Below are positions 19,938-29,217 of a DNA stretch of 64,000 nucleotides, one piece after another. Each line of letters starts with the position of its first letter. Position 1 is the stretch's first letter. The translations under genes were made by a program, and so were the position numbers. Source of the stretch: Candidatus Krumholzibacteriota bacterium (GTDB taxonomy: Bacteria; Krumholzibacteriota; Krumholzibacteriia; JAJRXK01); the NCBI GenBank assembly GCA_963727455.1, contig CAVSGG010000011.1, positions 1-64,000 of the forward strand, read 5' to 3'. The notes beneath the pieces were generated by a model. It did no database searches. It saw only the letters and a program-made list of their open reading frames with translations, and was not told the DNA's origin.

Positions 19938-21749
19938 ATGGCTCTCCGACTCTCTTGTCCTTCGGTGTGCAAATTCCTCGCTGGGATGCTGGCCTCCCTC
20001 GGCTTGATCCTCTCCCTCGTGCCCACTGCTTCTGCGGGAGCCCTTCCCATCACGCCCGACGGGCAGTTCGACGATTGGACCGCCGCCGCGCAGGAGAGCC
20101 TAGACCCCGGCGGCGACGGCGGGAGCAGCGGGATCGACTTCACCCACCTGGAGATTGCTCACGACCAGGACTGGGTCTTCCTGCGCTTTGACACCACCGT
20201 CGAGGTGCAGCCTGACGAGCAACAGGACATCCGCTTCTATCTGGACACCGACATGAATGCGGCCACCGGGTATTCGATCAACGGGATCGGAGCCGATCTG
20301 GTGTGGGAACTCGGGCAGCGCAGCGGCACCTTCTACACTCCATCGCCGCAGAGTATCGACCATCCGGACATCGGGCTTACGATCGCCCCCACCGTCAGCG
20401 CGACCGAGTTCGAGCTGGCACTACGACGCGACGCAGTGCCCGCCGGGGGACAGCCCCTGTTTCCGGGGAATGACTTCCGCATGGTGATCACGGACAACGC
20501 TTCCGGTGGCGATCGCCTACCCGACAGCGGCAGCGTGAGCTATACCCTGGACGCCACGAGCTTTCCCATCGCCACCGTCGCCCTCGAACAAACCCCCTCG
20601 ACTATTCGCGTGGCCGACTACAACGTGCAGAACGACGGTCTCTTCGACAACAGCAGCGCGCACCAGACGGCGTTGGACAAGATGTTCTCCACCGTGGATG
20701 CGCAGGTGTGGGTGATCTGCGAGGTCTGGAACCATACCGCGGAAGAAGTGCGCCAGGTGGTGGAAGGATACCTGCCCAGCGCAAGCGGGGAGGATTGGTA
20801 CGCTTTGAAGCTAGACAGCGGCAACGTCATCGTGAGCCGCTTCCCCATCCTTCAGTCTTGGGAGGTCTCGCCGGGCGACCGCATCACCGCGGCTCTTCTG
20901 GACGTGCGGCCCAGCTGGGACAGCGACCTTTTGATCCTCGCGAATCACTGGAGCTGCTGCACCGCCGACGACAACCGTCAACGGCAAGCCGATGCGACGG
21001 TGGCTTTCCTGCGCGATGCCATGACTCCTGGCGGCACTCTGGACCTGGCCAGTAATACACCCGTGATTCTTGCCGGCGATTTCAATCTGGTGGGCTGGCG
21101 GCAACAGCTCGACACCCTGGTATCGGGTGACATCCAGGACGAGGGGAGTTACGGCAGCGACTTTCCGCCCGACTGGGGCAACGGCAATTTGAGCTACGCT
21201 CTCTCGCGCCACCCCGACGCGCGCATGGTCTACACCTGGCGGCAGGACTCGAGCAGTTTCTATCCCGGCATGCTCGACTATCTCTTCTATACATCGAGCG
21301 TGATCACCCTCGATCACGGGTATGTGCTGGAGACGCGCACCATGAAGAGCACGACTCTGGCCACCTACGGGCTCTCTGCAAACACCACTCCCGATGCGAG
21401 CGACCACGCGCCACGTGTGGGGGATTTCACCCTCAACTCCGCCACCGCGTCGCCGCCCGCGCTCGCCCGCGGCGCGCGATTACTGCCCAACGTGCCCAAT
21501 CCCTTCAACCCGCGAACCACGCTGCGCTTCATTTTGACCCGCAGCGAGCAGCTGCGGCTGGAAATCGTCGATCCGAGTGGTCGCCGAGTGCGCACCCTCG
21601 TGGATGCAGTACTGCCCGCCGGCGATCACGAGATCGTGTGGAACGGTACGGACGATGGTGGACGCGCCGTGGCCTCCGGGGTCTACCGCATGGTCCTCAT
21701 CGGGAATGACGGCACCCGTCAGTCCCGGCCGATGGTCTTGGTGCGCTGA
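19938..21749 (+). CDS. Secreted endonuclease/exonuclease/phosphatase (EEP) family protein with FlgD-Ig tail
   Basis: Signal peptide, EEP motifs YNV, CE, LAGDFN, LDY and ASDH, and a C-terminal NVPNPFNP domain. Confidence 0.82.
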   Translation: MALRLSCPSVCKFLAGMLASLGLILSLVPTASAGALPITPDGQFDDWTAAAQESLDPGGDGGSSGIDFTHLEIAHDQDWVFLRFDTTVEVQPDEQQDIRFYLDTDMNAATGYSINGIGADLVWELGQRSGTFYTPSPQSIDHPDIGLTIAPTVSATEFELALRRDAVPAGGQPLFPGNDFRMVITDNASGGDRLPDSGSVSYTLDATSFPIATVALEQTPSTIRVADYNVQNDGLFDNSSAHQTALDKMFSTVDAQVWVICEVWNHTAEEVRQVVEGYLPSASGEDWYALKLDSGNVIVSRFPILQSWEVSPGDRITAALLDVRPSWDSDLLILANHWSCCTADDNRQRQADATVAFLRDAMTPGGTLDLASNTPVILAGDFNLVGWRQQLDTLVSGDIQDEGSYGSDFPPDWGNGNLSYALSRHPDARMVYTWRQDSSSFYPGMLDYLFYTSSVITLDHGYVLETRTMKSTTLATYGLSANTTPDASDHAPRVGDFTLNSATASPPALARGARLLPNVPNPFNPRTTLRFILTRSEQLRLEIVDPSGRRVRTLVDAVLPAGDHEIVWNGTDDGGRAVASGVYRMVLIGNDGTRQSRPMVLVR

Positions 21750-21783
21750 GAGTGGCGGATCGATCGCCTGCGGCCGGCCCGGC

Positions 21784-23055
21784 TCAATTCTCGTCGGGAT
21801 TCGGCTGCAGGGTGATCGTCATCTGCATGTCGCCGGTGGGGGTGAAATAGCGGCGTGTAGTGAGATAGCCATCCGCAGACACACGCAACTCGTGCCCCAC
21901 AGGGTTCGCGAAGAAGCTCGTCCGTCCATCCTCGTTCGCGTTCATTCGGCAAGGATCGTAGTGGGTTTCATCGTAGAGCAACAAGTCGGCCCCTGTAACG
22001 GGAACTCCTTCGGGATCCAGCAGCAGGATCTGCAACTCGTACTCTCCGAGTTCGAAGGACAGAACCACCCCGTCGTCCATGGGGGGAATCGTAAGGAACA
22101 GAGGAATGAAATTCAGAACGCCGGGCCTTCCCGGAACACTCGGTACGGGTTGATCATATGGTCTCAGCTCGAAGTGTTGTCCTCCTCGAATCGCGTACAT
22201 TGCGAACTTCGTGGTCAATCCATCCGCGAGAATCGTCTGCCAAGATCTATCATAAGGATACGTGTTCGAATAATCGTCGATCTCACAGCGAATTTCTCCG
22301 GCGGGTAAAGGGCTGCCCGCCAGAGTAAGGTTGAGCTGCCATTCCACGAGGGGCACCTCGAGCTGCAAGGGGGTTCCCCTAGAGACCTCTAGGCTGTCGG
22401 GCCAATAGTAGCGGAATGCGTTGGTGCAGCAGCGATCGATGTAAACATCGTATCGGCCGGTTTGAGGGAGGCGCAGCTCGAAGCTTCCGTCGGGCAAGAG
22501 GAGTGTCGAAGCCGAGAGCCCGTCTCGTCCTCCGTCAGCGCGTTGCACGTAGGTTCGCATGTAAAGTACGGCTCCCGCGAGAAGCGAATCGAAGCGCGCT
22601 GGGCCTACCACTCCCGCATACATGTCCCCCAACAAGTCGAATGAGCGCACCACTCCTCTTTTGAAGTGTACGTTGTCCTCATCCAGATTCGGGAGAGTAC
22701 TCTGAGTAGGAGGGCGAACCTGCACGAGAAGGGGCAGGTTGGGAACCCAAGCCTGGAAGCGACCCTCTTCATCGCTAGACGTAGCAACCGCAAACGCGTC
22801 TCCAGAGCTACCCGCCTTCCGGATGAGTTTCACCTGCACGCTGGCCGCGGGCACATTCCTGGGCCCTAGAAGAAGGCCCTGTGCCAAGATCATGGTGGGG
22901 TCAGACTGGGTAGGTGCGGTCAGTTCGCGACAGGCTGCTATGCTCAACACGCTCGCGGCAAGTAGCGTAAGTCTCGAGACCCACGCTGCCCTTTTGAACC
23001 ACGCCACATGGAGCAGTCCTCGTTGCGCAGGCCCGCGTTTCCTCATCCTTCTCAT
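21784..23055 (-). CDS. Hypothetical beta-rich lipoprotein (carboxypeptidase-regulatory-like repeats)
   Basis: Lipobox-like SIAAC and two transthyretin-like segments (SDEEGRF; ANEDGRTSF...VSADGY). Paralog of the upstream frameshifted gene. Confidence 0.65.
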   Translation of the reverse strand: MRRMRKRGPAQRGLLHVAWFKRAAWVSRLTLLAASVLSIAACRELTAPTQSDPTMILAQGLLLGPRNVPAASVQVKLIRKAGSSGDAFAVATSSDEEGRFQAWVPNLPLLVQVRPPTQSTLPNLDEDNVHFKRGVVRSFDLLGDMYAGVVGPARFDSLLAGAVLYMRTYVQRADGGRDGLSASTLLLPDGSFELRLPQTGRYDVYIDRCCTNAFRYYWPDSLEVSRGTPLQLEVPLVEWQLNLTLAGSPLPAGEIRCEIDDYSNTYPYDRSWQTILADGLTTKFAMYAIRGGQHFELRPYDQPVPSVPGRPGVLNFIPLFLTIPPMDDGVVLSFELGEYELQILLLDPEGVPVTGADLLLYDETHYDPCRMNANEDGRTSFFANPVGHELRVSADGYLTTRRYFTPTGDMQMTITLQPNPDEN

Positions 23056-24289
23056 CGCACTGTTTCCTTCTGCGACACTGGCTGCAAGTGGAACACCATC
23101 TGGGTATCCCCCTCGAGGACGAAGTAGCGACGTATGCTTTCGTAGGGATCGGGAGGATTGGCCGCGAGGTAATAGCCGGCGGGATTTACCCGAAAGACCA
23201 CTTTGCCTTCCCGGTCACTAGTGAGCGTAGGCTCGAGTACATCCCAATCTCGCTCTCGAGCGATACGTCGCTCAGGCCAACCGGCGCGCCTTCGGGATCG
23301 AGCATGAGAATCTCGAGTTCGTACTCTCCCAATTCGAAGGAAAGAGCGCTGCCCTCCTCCAGCGGTGGAATGAGGTAGGTCTGGGGTACGAAGTTCAGCA
23401 GGCCAGGCGTTCCAAAAATCGGCGGCTCCGGGTTCGAACGAACGCTGAGCCCGCAACGCGTCAGTCCAGGCAGGTCGACAAGATCAAAAACTTGCTGCTG
23501 GCCATCGCAGTCTAGATACGTGTCCAACCGCGTATCGGAATCCGACCAGGATCGCATACTGACAAGAACTTCTCCGGCCGGAAGGGGAGAACCCCCAAGA
23601 GTCAGTGTGAGCTGATGGGAAACAGCGGGAAGCACGAGGTGAAGAGAATCATCTGGAACGAGTTCGACACTATCTGGCCATTCGTAAGTTAACTGGGGAC
23701 AGCACGCGTCTACTTTTGCGTGGTAGTAGCCGTCTCTGGGTGCGTAGATCCGAAGCGCCCCCCTTCACCCCAATATTCCCTGTTCGTCACCGACTGATAA
23801 GATCCTTCTCCGACAGGGACGCGTGTGCTGAGATGGACTCTTCCGCTGCCGTAGTTAAGCCCGAGCTGCGCGAGTTCGACAATACCGGAATAGAACCGAC
23901 CCGTGTATGCGAAGGTTTGCCGTACGCCGTCCTGAAAGTGAACATAGTCGAAGCGCAAGTCTGGCAGTGCATAAGTGGAGGCGGGATCAATGAGCCACTT
24001 CGAGAGGAACATTCGGAAGCTGGATCTCGAAGAAACCGCGCTCATCCGTATCGATGTCTAGGGATGTAAAGACGTTGTCATTGCTAGACTCTGGCGCAAT
24101 TCGCACGCGCGTATTCGTAATTGGCACTCCACCCACGCCCAACACCTGCCCGCGCGCGAGGATGTACTTTGGAGGGGTAGCATCCTCACGCACCGGTCCC
24201 GTAAGCTGCCGGCAGGCGACCAAGCTCAGGGCCAAGACGAGGGCGACGATCCCCCTAGAACGCAAAGTCCACCCCCAGTCGGAGGCCAT
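23052..24289 (-). pseudogene. Frameshifted paralog of the adjacent lipoprotein (three single-base indels; pseudogene or sequencing error)
   Basis: Four consecutive frame segments align collinearly by eye with 21784-23055. Breaks fall near 23995, 23750 and 23230. The repaired frame is about 412 aa. Confidence 0.7.
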
Positions 24290-24908
24290 GGCTCCAGACG
24301 TACTGCACCGCCTCGTCCTGGCCAGCGCCAGTACCGTCCGCTCTGTAGCTGTGCTTGAGGGAGGTGTAGCGGAAGAGAATCTCCGCCAGCAGGCTCGTCT
24401 GCCTCCCGAGTCGCAGACTCAGCGTCGGGCCCAAGTCCAGTCCCTCGGTGATGCTGTTGGCCGCAATTTCGTTGTCTGCGGCCATGAAGGAAACGCCGGC
24501 GAGCATCCCGGGGGAGAGCAGGCGCTCGGGTCTCCATTGGTAGCGCCCATGCAGATTCAGGAACACGGCGCGGCTCCACTCACGTCGTTCCTCGTCGCGG
24601 GTACGAATCTGCTCCAGATCGATTTCCAGGCTCAGGCGCGGATTGATCCAGGCCCCGGCCCTTAGTCCGTAGAAAAGATCGTCGTCGAAGCGAAATGCTT
24701 CGTTGAAATCCCACCAACCTACCTGTCCACTCACATGCAGGGCGTGTCCGACCCTCGCGGTGTCGCTGGAACCGTCCGGCTCGGCCGAACGAGCCGGTCC
24801 CACCGCCGAGAATATGACCAGCAGAAACGACGCCACCATGCTCGGCAGCGCCAGAATGGGTATCGCGCGGCCGCGGAAGCCTCCCCGGGATACTCGCTTA
24901 GAAACCAT
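24255..24908 (-). CDS. Outer-membrane beta-barrel protein (OmpA-like membrane domain)
   Basis: Signal-like segment, alternating beta-strand pattern and C-terminal LRLGVDFAF. Confidence 0.7.
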   Translation of the reverse strand: MVSKRVSRGGFRGRAIPILALPSMVASFLLVIFSAVGPARSAEPDGSSDTARVGHALHVSGQVGWWDFNEAFRFDDDLFYGLRAGAWINPRLSLEIDLEQIRTRDEERREWSRAVFLNLHGRYQWRPERLLSPGMLAGVSFMAADNEIAANSITEGLDLGPTLSLRLGRQTSLLAEILFRYTSLKHSYRADGTGAGQDEAVQYVWSHGLRLGVDFAF

Positions 24909-25512
24909 AGTGAACTCCCAGCAGATAGGAGTGCGCCCAGGTTCCCCGCACTCTTTCGTCCTGGGACTCCGGAGGCAGATTGGGATCGAAGAGACTGAAA
25001 CGCTGGTAGCGCAGCATCCACTCCACCCGCAGCATCCAGTGATGGTTGAGATGACGGCCCAGACCCAAACCCAGATCCCAGGCCTCCCCGAAGGAATCCG
25101 GATCCTTGCTGTCGTCCAGTCCCACGAAAGCGATTCCACCCAAGACCGAGGGCTGCCAGCTTCCGATCCACTCCATTCCGCGACCGTGGAGGGCGATGCA
25201 CACCTGCCGGGCCGAATTGTCGGTGACGTGACGGCTGGTGTAGACCTCGGTGAATTCAGCTTCGATTTGAAAATGCGCGCTGCGCCGCACTCCCAGACGC
25301 GCCCCGAAGAGGGGAGCATCCTTGAAAGCAGTGAGGGCGTCGAAGTGGTAGCTACCGAGGAGAGGCCCGAACTCCAGGGCCCAGGGGCCACGGCCGTGAT
25401 CCGCCGCGCGAAAGCCCGAGGGAGACCCGCTGCCGCCCATGGCAGCGCCGGCGTCGACACTTCCAAGAGCGAGGAGAGTCGCCGCCAAAAAGAGGCTCAG
25501 TACGAATTTCAT
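24898..25512 (-). CDS. Outer-membrane beta-barrel protein, paralog of the downstream gene
   Basis: Signal peptide MKFVLSLFLAATLLA, beta-strand pattern and C-terminal LLGVHYGF. Confidence 0.7.
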   Translation of the reverse strand: MKFVLSLFLAATLLALGSVDAGAAMGGSGSPSGFRAADHGRGPWALEFGPLLGSYHFDALTAFKDAPLFGARLGVRRSAHFQIEAEFTEVYTSRHVTDNSARQVCIALHGRGMEWIGSWQPSVLGGIAFVGLDDSKDPDSFGEAWDLGLGLGRHLNHHWMLRVEWMLRYQRFSLFDPNLPPESQDERVRGTWAHSYLLGVHYGF

Positions 25513-25544
25513 GCTCTCAAGAATGGGCGAGCGCAGGCCTGGGG

Positions 25545-26525
25545 TCAATCTTCCCGGTCACCGAATGCGTGGCTCTTGGTACCGTGCCAGCGTAGACGCA
25601 GATAGAAGCTGAGGGTGGAGGGTGCGCTGGTACCCGGAAGCGAGGAATTGCCTGCCATGTAGCTCGTACCCAGAATCAATCCCTCTCTGAGCACCCGATG
25701 CATCGTCACGCCCCAAGCCAGATAGTCGCCCCGGTCGACCCCGTGGGCGCGCGTATCGAGCATGAGCATCACGCCGGCGCGGCCCACAAAGCCCAAGAGC
25801 CTGAGCCTCTCGGCGCTGAGGGTAGTGAACGGTCCAGTCGCGCGCCCATGCACGGGCAGAAATCCGTGCAAACCCAAGAGCATGGGAGCGACGTTGGACT
25901 CCACGCCCATGCTCCCCCAACCCACTCGCAGGCGATGATGGAGCCCCTGCTGACGCAGACTGAAGAGCTGCGAAGCGCTGTCATCGAGCAGGTAGCCGTT
26001 GTCCGAGGCAGCATAGACCTGTGGATCGATGATCGCGGCGGCGTTGCCGGCCAGGCGGTTGTATTCCAAGCCCACCGGCAAATAGGAAGGAGTCATCTTG
26101 AGGGCCAAGCCGTAGTCGGCATGGCCAGGGTCGAAGTTCACGCTGAAGCCGCGGCCGGGGGCGTTGAGGCTGGGAGTGTCCATGCGCAGCTCCGCCGAAA
26201 GGCCCAGTGCCTGCGACAGCGGCGCTTCGGTGTCCACGCTCAAAAGCGAGAACGACGCCGTCGGGCTAGCTCCCATCCGCTGTACCTGACTCAGGCTGGT
26301 GTCCACCCGGAAGCGAGCAGAAGTCCCCGCGAGCGCAGCGGCAGGCAGGCAGAGAGAGACTCCGGCCAGCACGGCGAGCCAAAGCACGGGCAGTCGTTGT
26401 GTGCTGAGCGGCGGCCGCGAGCCGCCGAAACGAGATGGGAGCATCTTTCCTTGCCATCTGAGGTGAGAACCGGAACGAGGAGTATAGCACAAGCCCGCCC
26501 CCAGAAGGGAGCGGGCTCTGCTCAA
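25545..26525 (-). CDS. Hypothetical exported protein, possibly beta-barrel (start uncertain)
   Basis: 326 aa ORF with a hydrophobic signal-like stretch (LWLAVLAGVSLCLPAAALA). It abuts the downstream barrel gene. Confidence 0.55.
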   Translation of the reverse strand: MSRARSLLGAGLCYTPRSGSHLRWQGKMLPSRFGGSRPPLSTQRLPVLWLAVLAGVSLCLPAAALAGTSARFRVDTSLSQVQRMGASPTASFSLLSVDTEAPLSQALGLSAELRMDTPSLNAPGRGFSVNFDPGHADYGLALKMTPSYLPVGLEYNRLAGNAAAIIDPQVYAASDNGYLLDDSASQLFSLRQQGLHHRLRVGWGSMGVESNVAPMLLGLHGFLPVHGRATGPFTTLSAERLRLLGFVGRAGVMLMLDTRAHGVDRGDYLAWGVTMHRVLREGLILGTSYMAGNSSLPGTSAPSTLSFYLRLRWHGTKSHAFGDRED

Positions 26526-26553
26526 TCCTCAAATCCGCCGAAATGGGGGCGAA

Positions 26554-27165
26554 TTACTCTCCGGTGTTCTCCTGCACCTTCTTGCTCATCTCCTTGGGCT
26601 TTTCGGGCATCGGGGGAGCAGGAGGCGTGGCGGCGGCCACTTCGTAGTTCTTGACGAAGCCATCCAACAGAGCGCTGTCATCGCTCATGGCGATGAACTC
26701 CACCCCGTCGTCGATGCTCTTCATCTCGACCTTGCAGTTTTCGGCCGTGATCATCTTCTGGGCGAGCGGGCAGTGGAAATCCGTCAGCTCACCGTTAGCC
26801 TGCGAATGGAGCTTGGCAACGGCGTCGGTGTTCTTCCCGTGGTAGCGGACAACGAGCTCCGAGGGAGAAACACGGTCGGTGTCGAAAGAAACGGCGCATT
26901 TGCCTGCGCAAACCTTGTCGCCCATGCAGGCGGCCGCGGTCTGGGCCTTGCCACTCATGGGGCAGCTCGTGCCGGCGGCCGTGGCCTTCATGTTCTTGCT
27001 ACAGCTGGCGGAAGCGGTGCTGGCCTTGGCGCCCTTCATGGGACAGGAAGCACTCGCGGTGGACGCCTTGGCGCCCTTCTTGTCGCAGGCGAGAGCGCCC
27101 GTGGCAAGCATGGCCACGAAGCTCAGGACGATGAGAGTAATGATCGGGAGTCGGGATGAGCGCAT
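26554..27165 (-). CDS. Secreted Cys/Met-rich hypothetical protein with short tandem repeats
   Basis: AAGGAG RBS, a signal peptide and KGAKASTASASC repeats. Confidence 0.7.
   Translation of the reverse strand: MRSSRLPIITLIVLSFVAMLATGALACDKKGAKASTASASCPMKGAKASTASASCSKNMKATAAGTSCPMSGKAQTAAACMGDKVCAGKCAVSFDTDRVSPSELVVRYHGKNTDAVAKLHSQANGELTDFHCPLAQKMITAENCKVEMKSIDDGVEFIAMSDDSALLDGFVKNYEVAAATPPAPPMPEKPKEMSKKVQENTGE
26927..27087 (-). repeat. Intragenic degenerate repeat of about 42 bp (KGAKASTASASCPM units)
   Basis: Two copies identical in protein sequence over 12 aa, followed by two degenerate copies, each ending in Cys. Confidence 0.7.
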
Positions 27166-27212
27166 GTGTTCTCGGTCTCCTTGCCGGGGATGGATGCCTT
27201 GCAGAATTCGAA

Positions 27213-27234
27213 CGGGTGGGGAAGCTCCCACCCG
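27213..27234. promoter_or_regulatory. Perfect 8-bp stem hairpin upstream of the Cys-rich gene
   Basis: CGGGTGGG-GAAGCT-CCCACCCG. Confidence 0.45.
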
Positions 27235-27336
27235 CCGGATTAGCATTCAATCTACTGAAATTCTAACGAGCGTCCCAAGCTTCTGTTCCCCAGTCCCCGG
27301 CAGATTTCTGGGCCGGACGGCGAACGGAGGCTTCAA

Positions 27337-28146
27337 CTAGTGTTCCGACAGGATTTTAGCAGAGCCGCTCGAAGAGGAGTCGGCCGCCACGGAAAGCGTC
27401 CCTGGCTGTCCCGCAGACTCCGTGGCCCGCCGCGCCACGACCAGATGGGCCACCCCCAGGGTTTGCCGGCGCACCCGAACTTCGGCGCTGAAGCCGGCGC
27501 GTTGCAGGGCCTCTACGAACTCGGGCACGGTGAGAAAGCGCGCCATCGAGCGCGGCAAATAGGTGTAGGCACCCTCGTCTTTCCCCACCACCTTGCCCAA
27601 AAAGGGCACCACACGCTCGAGATACAACTCCAGGGGAGCGCGCGCCCAGGCGCGCCGCGGACGGAAGAACTCCAACACGAGTAGCTGTCCATTAGGGCGC
27701 AGAACTCGGGCGATCTCGTCGAGCCCCCGTTCCAGCTCCCCCAAATTGCGCAGCCCGAAGGCCACCATGACCGCGTCGAAAGACGCATCGGGCAGGGGCA
27801 AACGCTGCGTGTCTGCTGCCACCACCGCGCACTCGCGCGTCAGTTGGTTGTCCACCTTGCCGGCCTCGAGCATGGGCAGACAAAAATCGGCGGCCAGGTG
27901 ACGGCGGCCCTTCCCCATTGCTTTGGCGGTGAGCAAGAGCTCGCCGGTCCCGCTGCAGACATCCAGGAGATCGCCCGCGGCGGGATCGATTTCGCGCGCC
28001 AAATCGCGCCGCCATACCGCGTCCCGGCCCAGACTGAGGATGCCGTTCATGCGGTCGTAGACACGGGCGATGCCAGCGAACATCTCCTGGATGGCCCGAT
28101 CGTGTCCCCGAGGATCCTGGCGCGTGGTATTCTGATATCGGCTCAT
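27337..28146 (-). CDS. menG: Demethylmenaquinone methyltransferase (UbiE/MenG)
   Basis: MFAGIARVYDRMNGILSLG, LDVCSGTG, AFGLRN, LVLEF and AYTYLPRS. Confidence 0.9.
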   Translation of the reverse strand: MSRYQNTTRQDPRGHDRAIQEMFAGIARVYDRMNGILSLGRDAVWRRDLAREIDPAAGDLLDVCSGTGELLLTAKAMGKGRRHLAADFCLPMLEAGKVDNQLTRECAVVAADTQRLPLPDASFDAVMVAFGLRNLGELERGLDEIARVLRPNGQLLVLEFFRPRRAWARAPLELYLERVVPFLGKVVGKDEGAYTYLPRSMARFLTVPEFVEALQRAGFSAEVRVRRQTLGVAHLVVARRATESAGQPGTLSVAADSSSSGSAKILSEH

Positions 28147-28287
28147 TTTCCTCGTTTCCGCCCAGATTCTGGCTAGATCTGGATAGGACAAGACGGAGAC
28201 TGGCGCCAGGCCCGGGCTCTCGACTAAGATGGCGGCCGCTGGTCGAGACACCAGCGTGGCCCACATGTTGCCTCCTTAGCCCCAATC

Positions 28288-29217
28288 ATGGCCGAAGAAA
28301 TCCAAATCCTCCCCGCGCCACCGGTCCACAATCGCCTCCATCATCTGGCGGGTCTGGCAATTCTGGCGGCCAACTTCCTGCGCCATCGGATTCGTGGCTA
28401 TCGTACGCCCCGTCCCACTGCCCTCCTCGACCCCGATGCCGCCTACCGCTACGCGAACGCGGTCGTCACCAACTGGCTCTCGCATTTGGAGCGTTTCCTC
28501 CGCCACCCTCTGGAGCTTGAGGGAAAGAGCGCTTTGGAGTTGGGACCGGGGCCCGATCTGGGTACGGGACTGGTACTCTTGGGAAGGGGACTGCGCTGCT
28601 ACCGCGCCATCGACGCCCACCCTCTGCTCGCGCGCTCCCCCAAGAAGCTGCATCTGGGCCTGGCCGAGCGCACGGCTCGCGACACTTCGGTTCCTCTGGC
28701 GCAGCTCACGGACGCCTTGGAGAAGGGTATGAAAGGCCCCCTCGGCTACGTCCATGATCCCAAGCTGGGGTTGGAGGTCTTTGGCGCGGCGAGCTTCGAC
28801 TTGATCTTGAGTCACGCCGTCTTCGAGCACCTGGATCGGGTGAAGTCGGTCATCGCCGGCCTGAGCCATGTGGCGCGGCCCGGCGCGCTTTTGGTGGCGG
28901 AGATCGATCTGCAGACCCACACGCGCTGGATTCGTGACGTCGACCCGCTGAACATCTACCGCTATACCAGAGCCACCTACCGCTCTCTTCGCTTCTCGGG
29001 GACTCCCAACCGGGTGCGTCCCGATGATTACATGGAGCTTCTGACGCGCAACGGCTGGAAGGAAGTGCGCTACTTTCCGCGAAGGGTGTTGCCACCGGAG
29101 TACATCGAGCGGGTAGAACCCACTCTGGCCAAACACTTCCGTGGTGACCTCGAACATCTGGGCTGGCTGAGCGTGGTGCTTTGCGCGCGCTACGGCGGGG
29201 GGAGTGGCGATGCCTGA
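28288..29217 (+). CDS. Class I SAM-dependent methyltransferase
   Basis: LELGPGPD, FDLILSHAVFEHL and RPG motifs. Confidence 0.8.
   Translation: MAEEIQILPAPPVHNRLHHLAGLAILAANFLRHRIRGYRTPRPTALLDPDAAYRYANAVVTNWLSHLERFLRHPLELEGKSALELGPGPDLGTGLVLLGRGLRCYRAIDAHPLLARSPKKLHLGLAERTARDTSVPLAQLTDALEKGMKGPLGYVHDPKLGLEVFGAASFDLILSHAVFEHLDRVKSVIAGLSHVARPGALLVAEIDLQTHTRWIRDVDPLNIYRYTRATYRSLRFSGTPNRVRPDDYMELLTRNGWKEVRYFPRRVLPPEYIERVEPTLAKHFRGDLEHLGWLSVVLCARYGGGSGDA

Noticed and set aside
24909-25466. N-terminal extension of the 24255-25466 ORF
   Set aside because: It overlaps the upstream barrel gene in another frame. The start at 24908 precedes a signal-like segment.
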